Shown in pieces: positions 46,674-57,622 of a stretch of DNA of 64,000 bases. The position numbers and the translations under genes are program-made. Source of the stretch: Bacillota bacterium (GTDB lineage Bacteria; Bacillota; Dethiobacteria; DTU022; UBA8154); NCBI GenBank assembly GCA_012518675.1, contig JAAYRR010000133.1:7015-71014 (forward strand). Direction: 5' to 3'. Within the stretch, counting starts at the first letter, position 1; every line of letters begins with the position of its first letter. A model generated the notes under the pieces. It was not told the origin of the DNA. It ran no database searches and worked only from the letters and a program-made list of their open reading frames with translations.

Positions 46674-48422
46674 TTAAATTACTGTAGCACGCCCCCGGTA
46701 AACCAAGCCCCGGACAGCATCTACAGTAATGAGCTGCCCGGTAAAAAGTTCCTTGGTGGCCTGGGCAGCACCGACAATCACTGGCCGTCCCAAGTTTAAA
46801 CAAACGATGGCCGCATGGGAAGTGAGGCCACCCACTTCTGTAATAACCGCTGCCGCTTTTTCCATAGCCGGTAAATATTCCCGATCGGTATGGGTGCAGA
46901 CTAAAATTTGATTTTCCTCTATTTCCTGTGCAGCAGCGGCGTCCTTAGCCACATGAACAATACCGGTTACAGCTGTCTTCCCGATACCCTGGCCCTGAAT
47001 TATAATTTCCCCGACGGTGTCAATGCGCAGGAAATTTGTTGTCCCGGGCACCCCTACCGGCACCCCCGCAGTTAAAATAATCAGATCTCCATGGTGGATT
47101 AGCTCTGCATCCAAGGCCACCTGGATAGCAGTATCAAAAATTTCATCGGTGCTGGCTGTCGGCGGACATAGAAGAGGGTAGACACCCCAGGTCAGGGTCA
47201 ACGCTGCGGCCACCCTTTCAGAGGGCGTTACGGCTATAATCGGCGCCCGTGGTTTATACTTGGAAACCATACGCGCCGTAAAACCTGATTGTGTAGCGGT
47301 AATAATCGCCGCGGCCCCCAAATCCTGTGCCGCCTGACAGGTTGCATGGCCGATGGCGTCTGTAACCGTATGGTGTACTATGCGTTCCAAGCTTTCCTGC
47401 AGTTCCCAGTATTCAGCAGCTTCTTCTGTTCGCCGGGCGATGCGAGCCATTGTTTCGGCTGCCTTTTGGGGAAAAGCCCCCACAGCCGTTTCACCGGAAA
47501 GCATGACGGCATCACTGCCGTCAAAAATGGCGTTGGCCACATCGCTGGCTTCGGCCCTGGTGGGCCGGGGGTAGCGAACCATGGAATCGAGCATCTGCGT
47601 GGCAGTAATAACAGGCTTCCCCGCAAGGTTACAGGCAGTAATCAAGTTCTTTTGGACCAGGGGTACATCCTCTGCCGGAATTTCTACACCCAGATCACCG
47701 CGTGCAACCATAATCCCGTCAGCTACCTGCAGTATTTCCGCAAAGTTTTCCACACCTTCATAGTTTTCAATTTTGGCGATAATCCGGGCGTCTGCCTTGT
47801 TCTTTTCCACAAGGTACCTGATATCCAGAACATCTACAGCGCACCGAATAAAAGATGCAGCAATAAAATCAACCCCCTGCTGCAGGGCAAATTCAATATC
47901 CCTTTCATCCTCAGGTGAAATCACCGGCAGGTTAACCTTAATTCCGGGCAGGTTTAAGCCTTTGCGCGAAGAAAGAACCCCCCCGTGAACCACTACTGTT
48001 TTAATCTCTGCAGGAGTTATCTTTACCACTCGGAGTTCAATTAAACCGTCGTCCAATAAAATGCGATCGCCTTCTTTTAAATCTGCGGGCAGACCAGGGT
48101 AGGTTATACTTACCTTATATTGATCCCCGGCATAATCGGCAGTTGTCAGAACAAAGCCTGCCCCTTCAACAAGTTCCACCTCTTTTTGTTGAAAGTCCCT
48201 GATCCTTATTTCCGGCCCGCGGGTGTCAACTAAAATCGCCACCCTTTTGCCTGCCTGCCGGCTTGCCTGACGTATTTTTTTAATACTGGTTGCATGCAGT
48301 TCCAGGTTGCCGTGGGAAAAATTTATGCGCGCTACATCCATGCCACTTTCAATCAAATTCGTAATTGTCTGTAAGTCATCTGAAGCCGGCCCGATGGTAC
48401 ATATTAATTTAGTCCGCCGCAC
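46674..48422 (-). CDS. pyk: Pyruvate kinase with C-terminal PEP-utilising mobile domain
   Basis: MRRTKLICTIGPASD and canonical PK motifs. The C-terminal extension of about 100 aa (GGLTSHAAIVCLNLGRPVIVG) matches Bacillus-type PK. Confidence 0.9.
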   Translation of the reverse strand: MRRTKLICTIGPASDDLQTITNLIESGMDVARINFSHGNLELHATSIKKIRQASRQAGKRVAILVDTRGPEIRIRDFQQKEVELVEGAGFVLTTADYAGDQYKVSITYPGLPADLKEGDRILLDDGLIELRVVKITPAEIKTVVVHGGVLSSRKGLNLPGIKVNLPVISPEDERDIEFALQQGVDFIAASFIRCAVDVLDIRYLVEKNKADARIIAKIENYEGVENFAEILQVADGIMVARGDLGVEIPAEDVPLVQKNLITACNLAGKPVITATQMLDSMVRYPRPTRAEASDVANAIFDGSDAVMLSGETAVGAFPQKAAETMARIARRTEEAAEYWELQESLERIVHHTVTDAIGHATCQAAQDLGAAAIITATQSGFTARMVSKYKPRAPIIAVTPSERVAAALTLTWGVYPLLCPPTASTDEIFDTAIQVALDAELIHHGDLIILTAGVPVGVPGTTNFLRIDTVGEIIIQGQGIGKTAVTGIVHVAKDAAAAQEIEENQILVCTHTDREYLPAMEKAAAVITEVGGLTSHAAIVCLNLGRPVIVGAAQATKELFTGQLITVDAVRGLVYRGRATVI

Positions 48423-48435
48423 CCCGTTTCACCCC

Positions 48436-49395
48436 TTAAATAGCCAAAATACCGGCTAGATCGTAATCACTCCATAGAAATTCTTTTTTACTGTTAAATA
48501 TTTCCTCATAGGTGGAACCCCTGACTTCACCTTGCCAATACCCAAGGGCCTGGTTCCCTTTATTTGCCAGAAGCAGGTCGACTGCTTTACCCCCCATGCG
48601 GCTGGCCAGAACACGATCAAAGGCTGTCGGGGTGCCGCCCCTTTGCAGATGCCCCAAAATGATAACCCGCACTTCCATCTGCAGCAGCCTTTTGATGCCC
48701 TGTCCTACACTTACTGCATTGGCTGCACCTTCCGCCACTAAAATAACACTATGGCGTTTTCCTCTTTTTACACCACGCAGCAAACGGCTGCACACCTCTT
48801 CAAGACTGAAAGGCACTTCAGGAATAATAATTGATTCTGCACCCCCGGCCAACCCGGCCGCCAAAGCTATATGCCCCGTATCGCGCCCCATTACCTCAAT
48901 AACGTAGGTTCTCTCATGTGAGGTGGCTGTATCCCGCACCTTGTTAATCGCATCAATTACCGTATTGACAGCCGTATCAAAGCCGATACAAAAATCAGTG
49001 CGGGGGATATCATTATCAATGGTTGCCGGAATGCCTACTGTACAAAAACCCATTTCCTCCAAAACCCGGGCTCCCCTGAAGGAGCCGTCCCCGCCAATTA
49101 CAACAACCCCTTCAATACCCCGTTCCCGCAAATAGGCGGCGGCTTTTTCCTGTCCTTCCGGGGTCTGAAAACTGTGGCTTCTGGCTGTACGCAAGATCGT
49201 ACCTCCCCGGTGGATAATATCAGCCACAGAACCCAATTCCAGAGGTATGATCTCCCTGTTTATTAGTCCGGAATAACCACGCTGCACACCAAAGATCTCC
49301 AGCTGATGATAGATACTTTTACGAACCACCGCCCGGATGGCCGCATTCATGCCCGGGGCATCACCCCCGCTGGTTAGAACAGCGATTCTATTCAA
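48436..49395 (-). CDS. pfkA: ATP-dependent 6-phosphofructokinase
   Basis: MNRIAVLTSGGDAPGMNAAIRAVV and GGDGS, 319 aa. Confidence 0.9.
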   Translation of the reverse strand: MNRIAVLTSGGDAPGMNAAIRAVVRKSIYHQLEIFGVQRGYSGLINREIIPLELGSVADIIHRGGTILRTARSHSFQTPEGQEKAAAYLRERGIEGVVVIGGDGSFRGARVLEEMGFCTVGIPATIDNDIPRTDFCIGFDTAVNTVIDAINKVRDTATSHERTYVIEVMGRDTGHIALAAGLAGGAESIIIPEVPFSLEEVCSRLLRGVKRGKRHSVILVAEGAANAVSVGQGIKRLLQMEVRVIILGHLQRGGTPTAFDRVLASRMGGKAVDLLLANKGNQALGYWQGEVRGSTYEEIFNSKKEFLWSDYDLAGILAI

Positions 49396-49450
49396 TTTAC
49401 CTTCCTCCTCTGGACAATTTCAAATACCTGTAAACCCTGGCCTTTATATT

Positions 49451-52400
49451 TCAGTATTTGCGTGTGTCGGGGATGTAATCCCCCTGAACCTGGCCTGCAG
49501 CTGTTAGTTCCTGGATTTTCAAGCAACCCGGCCCTAAAAGTTCTTCCACACGCTTAGACAACTGTTCTTCATCCCCTTTAACCCAACATGCCTGTCCGGT
49601 AAGCAACAACCGGGCCTGCTCTTCGAAATAAAGATAAACCGGGTTTCCCCCGTGGTACGCTGTTAAAATATCCTTCAAGGCAACCATTTCTGCCAAAGGT
49701 CTTTCCGCATCAATACGGATAAACAGTTGCCGGGGTTCAGCAGGAAAGATGGTAACCTCCCGGCAGATAATTTTAACTTCCCCTTCTTCCTTATAATCGG
49801 TTTGCCCTTTTAACAGAACAACCCTGTCTACCTGCAGGTCTTCCTGGTGTTTTTCATACAAATCGCTGAAAACTACCACCTCCACCTCGCCGGTCAGATC
49901 CTCCACCAGCAAAAACGTCATAGGGCGTCCTTTTTTTGTATAGATGACGCGCTGTGCAGCGATCATCCCCGCAAGGGAAACGTTGCGCCGGTCACCGACC
50001 TCCGGCAATACGCCAAGAGGAATAATTCCGCGCAGGTTTTCAAGAACAGTACTGTACTGATCCAAAGGGTGGCCGGAAATATAAAGACCGACCATTTCTT
50101 TTTCCAGGGCCAATTTTTCACGTGGCGAAAATTCATCCAGAGCTGGGAGTTCATCCCCCGGGGCCTGCACAGGGGACTGGCCGGCGTTAAGATAAGAAAA
50201 CATGGATATCTGCCCGTTTAAACGATCTTTTTGCGTTTGCTGCCCATAGGCCAGTGCCTTTTCCATGATGTTCAGGTACTGGGCGCGCTTGCCGCCCAAG
50301 GAATCAAAAGCCCCGCTTTTAATCAGGCTTTCCAATACCTTACGGTTGCAGGTGCGCAGGCCCACCTTGCTGCAAAAATCATGCAGGCTTTCAAATTTCC
50401 CCTCTTTTTGCCGCGTGGCCATAATTGATTCGATCGCACCCTTACCAACATTTTTAATGGCAGCCAAGCCAAAACGAATTCGGTTTTGGCCCACCGCGGT
50501 AAAGTTAACATCACTTTCGTTTACATCGGGCGGCAGTATTTCGATCCCCTGGCGGCGGCAGTCAGCAATATAAAGGGCTATTTTTTCACTGCTGGACATC
50601 ACTCCGGTAAGCAAAGCTGCCATAAATTCCAAAGGATGGTTTGCTTTGAGGTAGGCTGTCTGATAGGCGATCAGGGCATAAGCGGCGGCATGTGACTTGT
50701 TAAAACCATAAGAGGCAAATTTTACAATCAGATCGTAAAGTTCCTCCCCCAACTTATTGGGGTAACCCTTTTCCACCAAACCCCGGATAAAAATAACCCT
50801 TTGTTCATCTAAAATTTCCCGCTTCTTTTTACCGATGGCCCGGCGTAGCAGATCAGCCTGTCCCAATGTGAAACCGGCCATCTTGGCCGCTATTTCCATA
50901 ATCTGTTCCTGGTAAACAATCACGCCGTAAGTTTCCTTGAGAATGGGTTCCAGATCGGGGTGCAGGTATTTGATGGGCTTTAAACCATGCTTACTTTCTA
51001 CAAAAACAGGAATCTGTTCCATGGGCCCGGGGCGGTAAAGCGCTACAACAGCAATAATGTCTTCAAACTTACCGGGTTTCAAATCCCGCAGGGCAGAGCG
51101 CATCCCGCTGCTTTCCAACTGAAAAACGCCGGCGGTTTCACCCTGGGACAAAAGCCTATAAGTGGAAGCATCATCTAAGGGAATGGTCTCCAGTGTAACT
51201 TTTTCTTTTTCTCCCCGCCGGGCATTAACCTGCCGGATGGTTTCCCCCATGATCGTCAGGGTGCGTAAGCCTAAAAAGTCCATTTTCAACAGCCCCAGTT
51301 CCTCCAGGGTATTCATCGGAAACTGGGTTGCAACCACGCCGCCGGTAACTTTTTGTAAAGGAACATGTTCCACCAACGGCCGGCCGGCAATAACCACCCC
51401 GGCAGCGTGAGTAGAAGCATGGCGGGGAAGCCCCTCCAGCGCCCGCGAGGTGTCGAGTAAAAGGCGGTAGCGTGGTTCTTTCCGGTATAGCTCCAAGAGA
51501 TCTTTATTCATTTTTAGCGCCTTTTCGATGGTCATCCCCACCTCAAAAGGGATCATTTTTGCCAGGCGATCTGTTTCGCCGTAAGAAACATCCAGGGCCC
51601 GGCCTACATCCCGTACGGCCAGCCGGGCCGCCATTGTGCCAAAGGTGGTAATCTGGGCAACCCTATCTTCACCGTATTTTTCCACGACATAGCGGATCAC
51701 CTCATCGCGGCGTTCGTAACAAAAGTCGATATCAATATCCGGCATGGAAACCCTTTCCGGGTTTAAAAACCTTTCAAAGAGCAGGCCGTAGCGCAAGGGA
51801 TTGATGTTGGTAATAGAAAGGGTGTAGGCTACCAGGCTGCCGGCAGCAGAACCGCGGCCCGGCCCCACCAAAATACCCTGTTCGTGGGCAAAACGCACAA
51901 AGTCCCAGACGATCAAAAAATAACCGGCATATCCCATCTGGCTGATAACCTGCAGTTCGTAACTTAAACGTTCTTCAATCTCCGGCGTTATAGTTGTAAA
52001 TTTTTCCTGCAGCCCTTGTCTGCAGAGGGCCTCTAAATAGTCCCCGGCATTTTTATAGGAGGGAGGTATTTCATAGGGGGGCAGGTGCATCTGGCCAAAA
52101 GAAAGCTCCAAATCAACCTGGGAGGCTATTTTGACAGTGTTTGCAAACACCTCTTCCGGAAAGCCGCTGAATGCCACCCGCATTTCCTCTTCATCCTTAA
52201 AGTAAAATTCGGTTCCTTCAAATTTTAAACGATTTTCATCCTCCACGCTCTTTCCGGTCTGGATGCAGAGTAATACATCATGGGCGCGGGCGTCCTCCCG
52301 TTCCAGGTAATGGACGTCGTTGCTGGCAACTAAGGGGATACCCGTTTCTTTCCCCAGCGCCAAAAGTTTTTTATTGAGCATTTCCTGTTCCGGCAGCCCA

Positions 52401-52927
52401 TGTGCCTGCAGCTCCAGGTAAAAATTGCCCGGGCCAAAAGTGTCCCGGTACCAGCAGGCTGTTTGCAAAGCCTTTTCTTCCTCTCCGGCCAGCAACAACC
52501 TGGGGATTTCACCGGCCTGGCAGGCGCTTAAAACAATCAGCCCTTCCTTATATTTTTCCAGGATTTCCCGATCCACGCGGGGTTTATAGTAAAAGCCCTC
52601 TACATAACCTGCTGTCACCAACTGCATTAGGTTTTGATAACCTTGCATATTTTTTGCCAGCAGGACTAGATGAAAGCGGGTGTCGTCAATTCCCGGTTCT
52701 TTTTGCAGGCGACTTCTGGGGGCCACATAAACTTCACACCCCAAAATTGGTTTAATGCCCTTTTTTTTTGCTGCTTTATAAAAGTCAATAACCCCGTAAA
52801 GGTTGCCATGATCGGTAATCGCCACTGCCGGCATGCCGAGCCTACACGCTTTTCCCACCACTTGTTCGATACGCGCAGCCCCGTCCAGCAGGCTGTATTC
52901 AGTGTGTACATGTAAATGAATAAACAA
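49451..52927 (-). CDS. dnaE: DNA polymerase III alpha subunit
   Basis: PHP domain HLHVHTEYSLLDGA and the polymerase core, 1158 aa. Confidence 0.95.
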   Translation of the reverse strand: MFIHLHVHTEYSLLDGAARIEQVVGKACRLGMPAVAITDHGNLYGVIDFYKAAKKKGIKPILGCEVYVAPRSRLQKEPGIDDTRFHLVLLAKNMQGYQNLMQLVTAGYVEGFYYKPRVDREILEKYKEGLIVLSACQAGEIPRLLLAGEEEKALQTACWYRDTFGPGNFYLELQAHGLPEQEMLNKKLLALGKETGIPLVASNDVHYLEREDARAHDVLLCIQTGKSVEDENRLKFEGTEFYFKDEEEMRVAFSGFPEEVFANTVKIASQVDLELSFGQMHLPPYEIPPSYKNAGDYLEALCRQGLQEKFTTITPEIEERLSYELQVISQMGYAGYFLIVWDFVRFAHEQGILVGPGRGSAAGSLVAYTLSITNINPLRYGLLFERFLNPERVSMPDIDIDFCYERRDEVIRYVVEKYGEDRVAQITTFGTMAARLAVRDVGRALDVSYGETDRLAKMIPFEVGMTIEKALKMNKDLLELYRKEPRYRLLLDTSRALEGLPRHASTHAAGVVIAGRPLVEHVPLQKVTGGVVATQFPMNTLEELGLLKMDFLGLRTLTIMGETIRQVNARRGEKEKVTLETIPLDDASTYRLLSQGETAGVFQLESSGMRSALRDLKPGKFEDIIAVVALYRPGPMEQIPVFVESKHGLKPIKYLHPDLEPILKETYGVIVYQEQIMEIAAKMAGFTLGQADLLRRAIGKKKREILDEQRVIFIRGLVEKGYPNKLGEELYDLIVKFASYGFNKSHAAAYALIAYQTAYLKANHPLEFMAALLTGVMSSSEKIALYIADCRRQGIEILPPDVNESDVNFTAVGQNRIRFGLAAIKNVGKGAIESIMATRQKEGKFESLHDFCSKVGLRTCNRKVLESLIKSGAFDSLGGKRAQYLNIMEKALAYGQQTQKDRLNGQISMFSYLNAGQSPVQAPGDELPALDEFSPREKLALEKEMVGLYISGHPLDQYSTVLENLRGIIPLGVLPEVGDRRNVSLAGMIAAQRVIYTKKGRPMTFLLVEDLTGEVEVVVFSDLYEKHQEDLQVDRVVLLKGQTDYKEEGEVKIICREVTIFPAEPRQLFIRIDAERPLAEMVALKDILTAYHGGNPVYLYFEEQARLLLTGQACWVKGDEEQLSKRVEELLGPGCLKIQELTAAGQVQGDYIPDTRKY

Positions 52928-53401
52928 AAAAATTCCTCCGACCGTTTTTATTATGTTCTAGTATTTCGACCCTTAGTAAAAAAACCCTTTTAAAACTAAA
53001 AAAGGGGCAGCACAAACCGTCCCGCCCAACAGGGCGGTTTGCCGCCGGGCAAACCCGGCGGTTTAACTGCCGGCAGACAGCCAAGGATTATAACTTAACG
53101 GCGGATGGAAAAATTTTTTAGGAAAGCAGCTGCCACCAGCACACAAAGCCCTGTCCAGGCCGTAGTAAAAAGACCTTCCAAGGTGGAAAACCCTATCCGG
53201 GGCAGGGTTAGCATCCCTACCGTTAAAAGAAGACAGGACAATAGTGAACCCCATTCGTCTACCTTCATGGCTAAGCAGACCCCATTCCTACACAGAAAAT
53301 TTGTTGCCAGTATTATTATATGCCGGTCACCAAACGTTTTTACCGGCAATAGCCAATAAAAAAAGAAATTCCAAACAGCAGCAGGGTTCAGGAAGAAGGT
53401 G

Positions 53402-53863
53402 CTATTGCATACCGGGGTAGGCCAGCTGGCGCAGGGCCTCATAAAGAACTACTGCCACGGCGTTGGCCAGGTTTAAGGAACGGGGGATATCTTGCGTTAT
53501 CGGTATTCTAAAACAGCGTTCCGGCCACCTGCTTAGCAGTTCCGGCGCCAAACCTGCAGTCTCCTTGCCAAAAACCAAGAAGTCTGCCGCTGTATAAGCA
53601 ATTTCTGTATAAAACTTTTGGGCCCGCGTGGTAAAAAAATAAAAATTACAGCCTAAATTGTTTTTATAAAGGCTGTCAAAGTCGCCGTAGGTATGCCAGG
53701 CAAGATAAGGCCAGTAGTCCAGACCGGCACGGCGCAGGTAGCGATCTGCCAAAGAAAACCCCAAATTACCGACAAGGTGCAAACTGGTATTGGTCAACAC
53801 ACATGTCCGGGCTATATTACCTGTATTTGGCGGTATTTCCGGTTCAATCAGCACCACATGCAC
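53402..53863 (-). CDS. trmL: tRNA (cytidine/uridine-34 2'-O)-methyltransferase, SpoU/TrmL family
   Basis: MHVVLIEPEIPPNTGNIARTC SPOUT N-terminus, 153 aa. Confidence 0.8.
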   Translation of the reverse strand: MHVVLIEPEIPPNTGNIARTCVLTNTSLHLVGNLGFSLADRYLRRAGLDYWPYLAWHTYGDFDSLYKNNLGCNFYFFTTRAQKFYTEIAYTAADFLVFGKETAGLAPELLSRWPERCFRIPITQDIPRSLNLANAVAVVLYEALRQLAYPGMQ

Positions 53864-53866
53864 AGC

Positions 53867-54646
53867 TCAGCCCTCCCGCCGCAAAACATAAAATATATTC
53901 CGATCTGCCGGCAAGGGTTCCGTGAGGGTAAAGGCCCTGTAACAGGATTTTAGCTGCCAGCCGGTTTCCAACAAAATTGGTTCCAGTTCTGCACGGGAAT
54001 AAGAGCGTTCCCGATGTTCTTCCTGAATCTTTTTATAAAGCCCTTTCTCCTTGCGGACAAAGGCTGTAAATTTAATTTTCCAAATTTTTTTCCCTGGCTC
54101 CAAGCAGCTTTCCCAAATTAAGGTAATTCCTTCGTCTTCGTCTTCAAACCATGAAACCTCCGGCATGGTGCCAACAGGAAGCTTCTCCACTAAGTTTAAA
54201 TTGAAAATGAAATACCCCCCCGGGCGCAAAGCAGCCCGGATATTCTGCAAAGCTTTTTTTAAGTCCTCCCTGGTCAAAAGATAATTCAGGCCGTCCTGAT
54301 AAAGCACAATCACATCGGCCTGAAAAGGCAGTTGCAAATTACGCATATCCTGCTGGTAAAATTTTATTTCCAGGCCGGCGGCCCGGGCCTTCTGCCTGGC
54401 CAGCCCCAGCATTTCCGGGGAGATATCCACACCAAAAACAGCATAACCCTTTTCTGCCCAGGGAAAAGTGGAATTTCCCGTCCCACAGGCCAAGTCAATA
54501 ATCAGCCGGCGGGGCAGTACCTGAAAGTGTGCAAATATTTCCTCCAGGTAGTCGGCCCACTCCCGGTAGTTTACCCCGCTTAAAAGATAATCATAAACAC
54601 CGGCCAGGCCTTTATAAACCTGTACCATCTTTTTCACCCCCTGCAA
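53867..54646 (-). CDS. Class I SAM-dependent methyltransferase
   Basis: Motif I DLACGTGNSTF and an acidic motif II (VFGVDIS). Confidence 0.75.
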   Translation of the reverse strand: MQGVKKMVQVYKGLAGVYDYLLSGVNYREWADYLEEIFAHFQVLPRRLIIDLACGTGNSTFPWAEKGYAVFGVDISPEMLGLARQKARAAGLEIKFYQQDMRNLQLPFQADVIVLYQDGLNYLLTREDLKKALQNIRAALRPGGYFIFNLNLVEKLPVGTMPEVSWFEDEDEGITLIWESCLEPGKKIWKIKFTAFVRKEKGLYKKIQEEHRERSYSRAELEPILLETGWQLKSCYRAFTLTEPLPADRNIFYVLRREG

Positions 54647-54852
54647 TCAGACTACAGCCCCCAGTTTTGATCTGCCTTTACAACACTGTGTTTTGGGCGG
54701 CACAAATATAGGGCGTAGCATTTTATAATCAAGTGGCTAACCGCCGTTTACATTGTATCAGCTACAGAAGCCGGCCTGGGTTTCTGCAATATTTTTGTTT
54801 TTTCCCAGACTGCCGAGCACCAGCAAAATTTTAGGAAAATTCATCTGGAAAA

Positions 54853-57327
54853 TTAAAACAAGGCATTATTATCCCGCTGTTCATCGTTTATTTCCAATTC
54901 ACCCTGCTTATCGGCCTCAGGAGTCTTTTTACCCAGCAATTTATGGTATTCCTTTAAATTCCTTTCAATTAGGGCATTGATGGTCCCCGCAGGATATTCA
55001 CCATTTTTGTCCCGTTCCCCTGCCGGGGTACCAGTAAGAATCTCCAAGCCCTCGTCGATAGTTTTAATAGCATAAATGTGAAATTTGTTTTCCCGCACGG
55101 CCTCTACAACCTCAGCATTCAACATCAGGTTGACAACATTCTGTGCGGGAATCAGCACCCCTTGTTCCCCGGTAAGACCCTGCAACTTGCAGGCGGTGAA
55201 AAAACCTTCAATTTTTCTGGTGATACCCCCTACAGGCTGAATTTCACCCTTCTGGTTTACCGAACCCGTAACGGCAAGGCCTTGCTTTAAAGGAACGGCA
55301 CTGATGCTGGAAAGCAGGGCATAAAGTTCAGCACTGGAGGCGCTGTCGCCGTCAACCCCATCGTAAGACTGTTCAAAACAAATACTGGCTGTCAGAGACA
55401 GCGGTATGTTCCGGGCATATTTTTGACCCAAATAGCCGCTGATAATCAACATCCCCTTATCATGGATCCGGCCGCTCATTTTACTTTCCCTTTCAATGTT
55501 CACAATACCCCGCCGTCCCAGGTAGGCAGCAGCCGTAATCCGGGAGGGTTTGCCAAAGGTATAATCCCCCTGGTTTATAACCGCCAAACCGTTAACCTGC
55601 CCTACCTTTACCCCGGAAAAATCCAATAAAATCTGTCCTTCATTCACCATTTCCAACAATCTTTTTTCGTATTTATCAGACCGGAAAACTTTTTCCCGGA
55701 TTGCTTTATCCACGTGTGGGGCGCTAACATAATCCTGGCCACCCAAACCCGCCCAAGCATCAGCTTCGTAAAGAATTTCCACAATTTCATTAAAACGGGT
55801 TGACAGTTTTTCCTGGTGTTCAGCCAGACGGGAACTGTATTCTACAACCCTGGCCACACCGGCACAGTCAAAATGCCTTAAATTTTCCTTTTGACAATGT
55901 GAGGAAATAAAGTTTGCCATCTGGGCTTCATTCTGGGGTGAACGTTCCATCATGACATCAAAATCCGCTTTGATTTTAAAAAGTTTGCGGAAATCTTCAT
56001 CATAGCGGTACAGTAGATGATAAAGCAGGGGGTTGCCGATTAAGATCACTTTAATATCCAAAGGAATCGGTTCGGGTTTAAGCGTGGTCATCGTTAGCAG
56101 GGCGTACTGTTCTCCAATAGTTTCAATGCGCACTTCTTTTGTTTTTAAAACACGCTTCAAAACCTCCCAGGATTGAAAATTTTGCAAAAGATCATTGGCC
56201 TGCAAAATCAGGTAGCCTCCGTTGGCACGGTGCAAGGCGCCACCTTTAACCATGGTAAAATCTGTAGTGATCATACCCAACCTGTTTTCATGTTCGATCC
56301 TGCCGATCAGATTATAATAGGTCGGGTTGGATTCTACAACAACAGGTGCCCCCTTGGTTTCCCGGTTGTCAATAACTAAGTTGACTTTATATTTTACAGC
56401 TGTTACCTCGCGGCCATAGTGCCGTAACCAGGGCAGGGAAAGCTGTTTTTCATCTTCATCGTCTTTAAAATCATTGATATTGTTCAAAACATCTTCATGC
56501 AGGCTTTCCAGGTAATGGATCACCTTGGGAAACTGTTCGTATTTTTCCTGAAGCCCTTCCATGAGATGCCTGGTGGCATGCAAGATTGTCTTATAGTCCA
56601 GATCTTTAATTTCGTCCTTCAAATTTTTTTCTTCACTTTGGATGCGCCGGGAAATTTTTACCGCTTTCCGCTGCACCTTACGTGATTTTTTTTCCAGTTC
56701 CTCTTTTTCCTGTTCTTCCAACTGAGCAAACTCTTCCTCGCTCATCTCCTGGCCCCCTTTTAAGGGGACGCTTAAAAACCCTGTGCTGGTCCGTTTAAGC
56801 ATAAAACTGTTTTCCCGAGCCACTTCATTAAGGCTGTCCATCAAGTTTTTCCTAACTTCTTGGAATCTTTTGACAACGGCCCCCTTCTGGCGTTCATATT
56901 CTTCGGTATGCATGGCTTCCAGGATTGTTTCTTTTAACTCCTCCAGCAGGCTGTCCATATCCCGCGCAAAAACACTGCCCCTCCCGGCCGGCAAATTCAG
57001 GGCTAGCGGTTCGTCCGGGTTTTTAAAATTATAAAGATAGCACCAGTCGTCAGGAACAGGTTCACGGCAGGCTATTTCCCCGGCAACAGCCCGGGCGTAA
57101 CCGGTCTTCCCTGTGCCGGTAATCCCCGTCATAAAAATATTATAGCCGTGCCCCTTGATTTTTAACCCAAAATCCAGTGCCTGCACTGCCCTTTCCTGAC
57201 CCACAATACCTTTTAATGGCACAAGTTCTTCTGTTGTGCTAAAACTAAATGTGTCCGGGGCACACTTTTTAAATAATTTTTCTGCACTCAGCCTCCGGTC
57301 ATCAACCATTGTTCTCCTCCTGTTCAA
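54853..57327 (-). CDS. Lon-family ATP-dependent protease, LonC-like (endospore-former type) with coiled-coil insertion
   Basis: N-terminal P-loop GITGTGKTGYA. The C-terminal Lon proteolytic domain carries the Ser-Lys dyad context (GDSASSAELYALLSSIS...GGITRKIEG). A Glu/Lys-rich coiled-coil insert is present. 824 aa. Confidence 0.75.
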   Translation of the reverse strand: MNRRRTMVDDRRLSAEKLFKKCAPDTFSFSTTEELVPLKGIVGQERAVQALDFGLKIKGHGYNIFMTGITGTGKTGYARAVAGEIACREPVPDDWCYLYNFKNPDEPLALNLPAGRGSVFARDMDSLLEELKETILEAMHTEEYERQKGAVVKRFQEVRKNLMDSLNEVARENSFMLKRTSTGFLSVPLKGGQEMSEEEFAQLEEQEKEELEKKSRKVQRKAVKISRRIQSEEKNLKDEIKDLDYKTILHATRHLMEGLQEKYEQFPKVIHYLESLHEDVLNNINDFKDDEDEKQLSLPWLRHYGREVTAVKYKVNLVIDNRETKGAPVVVESNPTYYNLIGRIEHENRLGMITTDFTMVKGGALHRANGGYLILQANDLLQNFQSWEVLKRVLKTKEVRIETIGEQYALLTMTTLKPEPIPLDIKVILIGNPLLYHLLYRYDEDFRKLFKIKADFDVMMERSPQNEAQMANFISSHCQKENLRHFDCAGVARVVEYSSRLAEHQEKLSTRFNEIVEILYEADAWAGLGGQDYVSAPHVDKAIREKVFRSDKYEKRLLEMVNEGQILLDFSGVKVGQVNGLAVINQGDYTFGKPSRITAAAYLGRRGIVNIERESKMSGRIHDKGMLIISGYLGQKYARNIPLSLTASICFEQSYDGVDGDSASSAELYALLSSISAVPLKQGLAVTGSVNQKGEIQPVGGITRKIEGFFTACKLQGLTGEQGVLIPAQNVVNLMLNAEVVEAVRENKFHIYAIKTIDEGLEILTGTPAGERDKNGEYPAGTINALIERNLKEYHKLLGKKTPEADKQGELEINDEQRDNNALF

Positions 57328-57622
57328 AAGATTCTTCCCTTACTAAAGCGAATACCCTTTTCAGGCGAATATACCTCCATAGTCCTTTTGCTTTCAAATA
57401 ATATGATTTCGTTTTTTGAACAGCCTTTTCCTTTTTGATGAAAAATATACACTTAAAATAAGGATAATAAAATCTATGTTCTGCTAACTTTTTCTTTTCT
57501 AAAGTTAATTAGAAACAACATTACTTGAAATGTTCTATTGTTTGCGTTTTACAAATTAAAGAGTTATACTCTTAAAGGATTTGGATCCTAAAATATCTTA
57601 CAACTACTAAGGGGTAGGAAAA

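Noticed and set aside
53095-53442. 115-aa ORF overlapping the 3' end of trmL
   Set aside because: It overlaps trmL by 40 nt. A shorter internal-start version (53095-53268, 57 aa, hydrophobic) could be a small membrane protein, but the RBS is weak and the evidence is insufficient.
54853-57327. Lon-like protein as BrxL of a BREX defence island
   Set aside because: No BrxC, PglX or PglZ-like genes nearby. The neighbours are trmL, a small MTase and dnaE, which is housekeeping context. It fits spore-former LonC instead.
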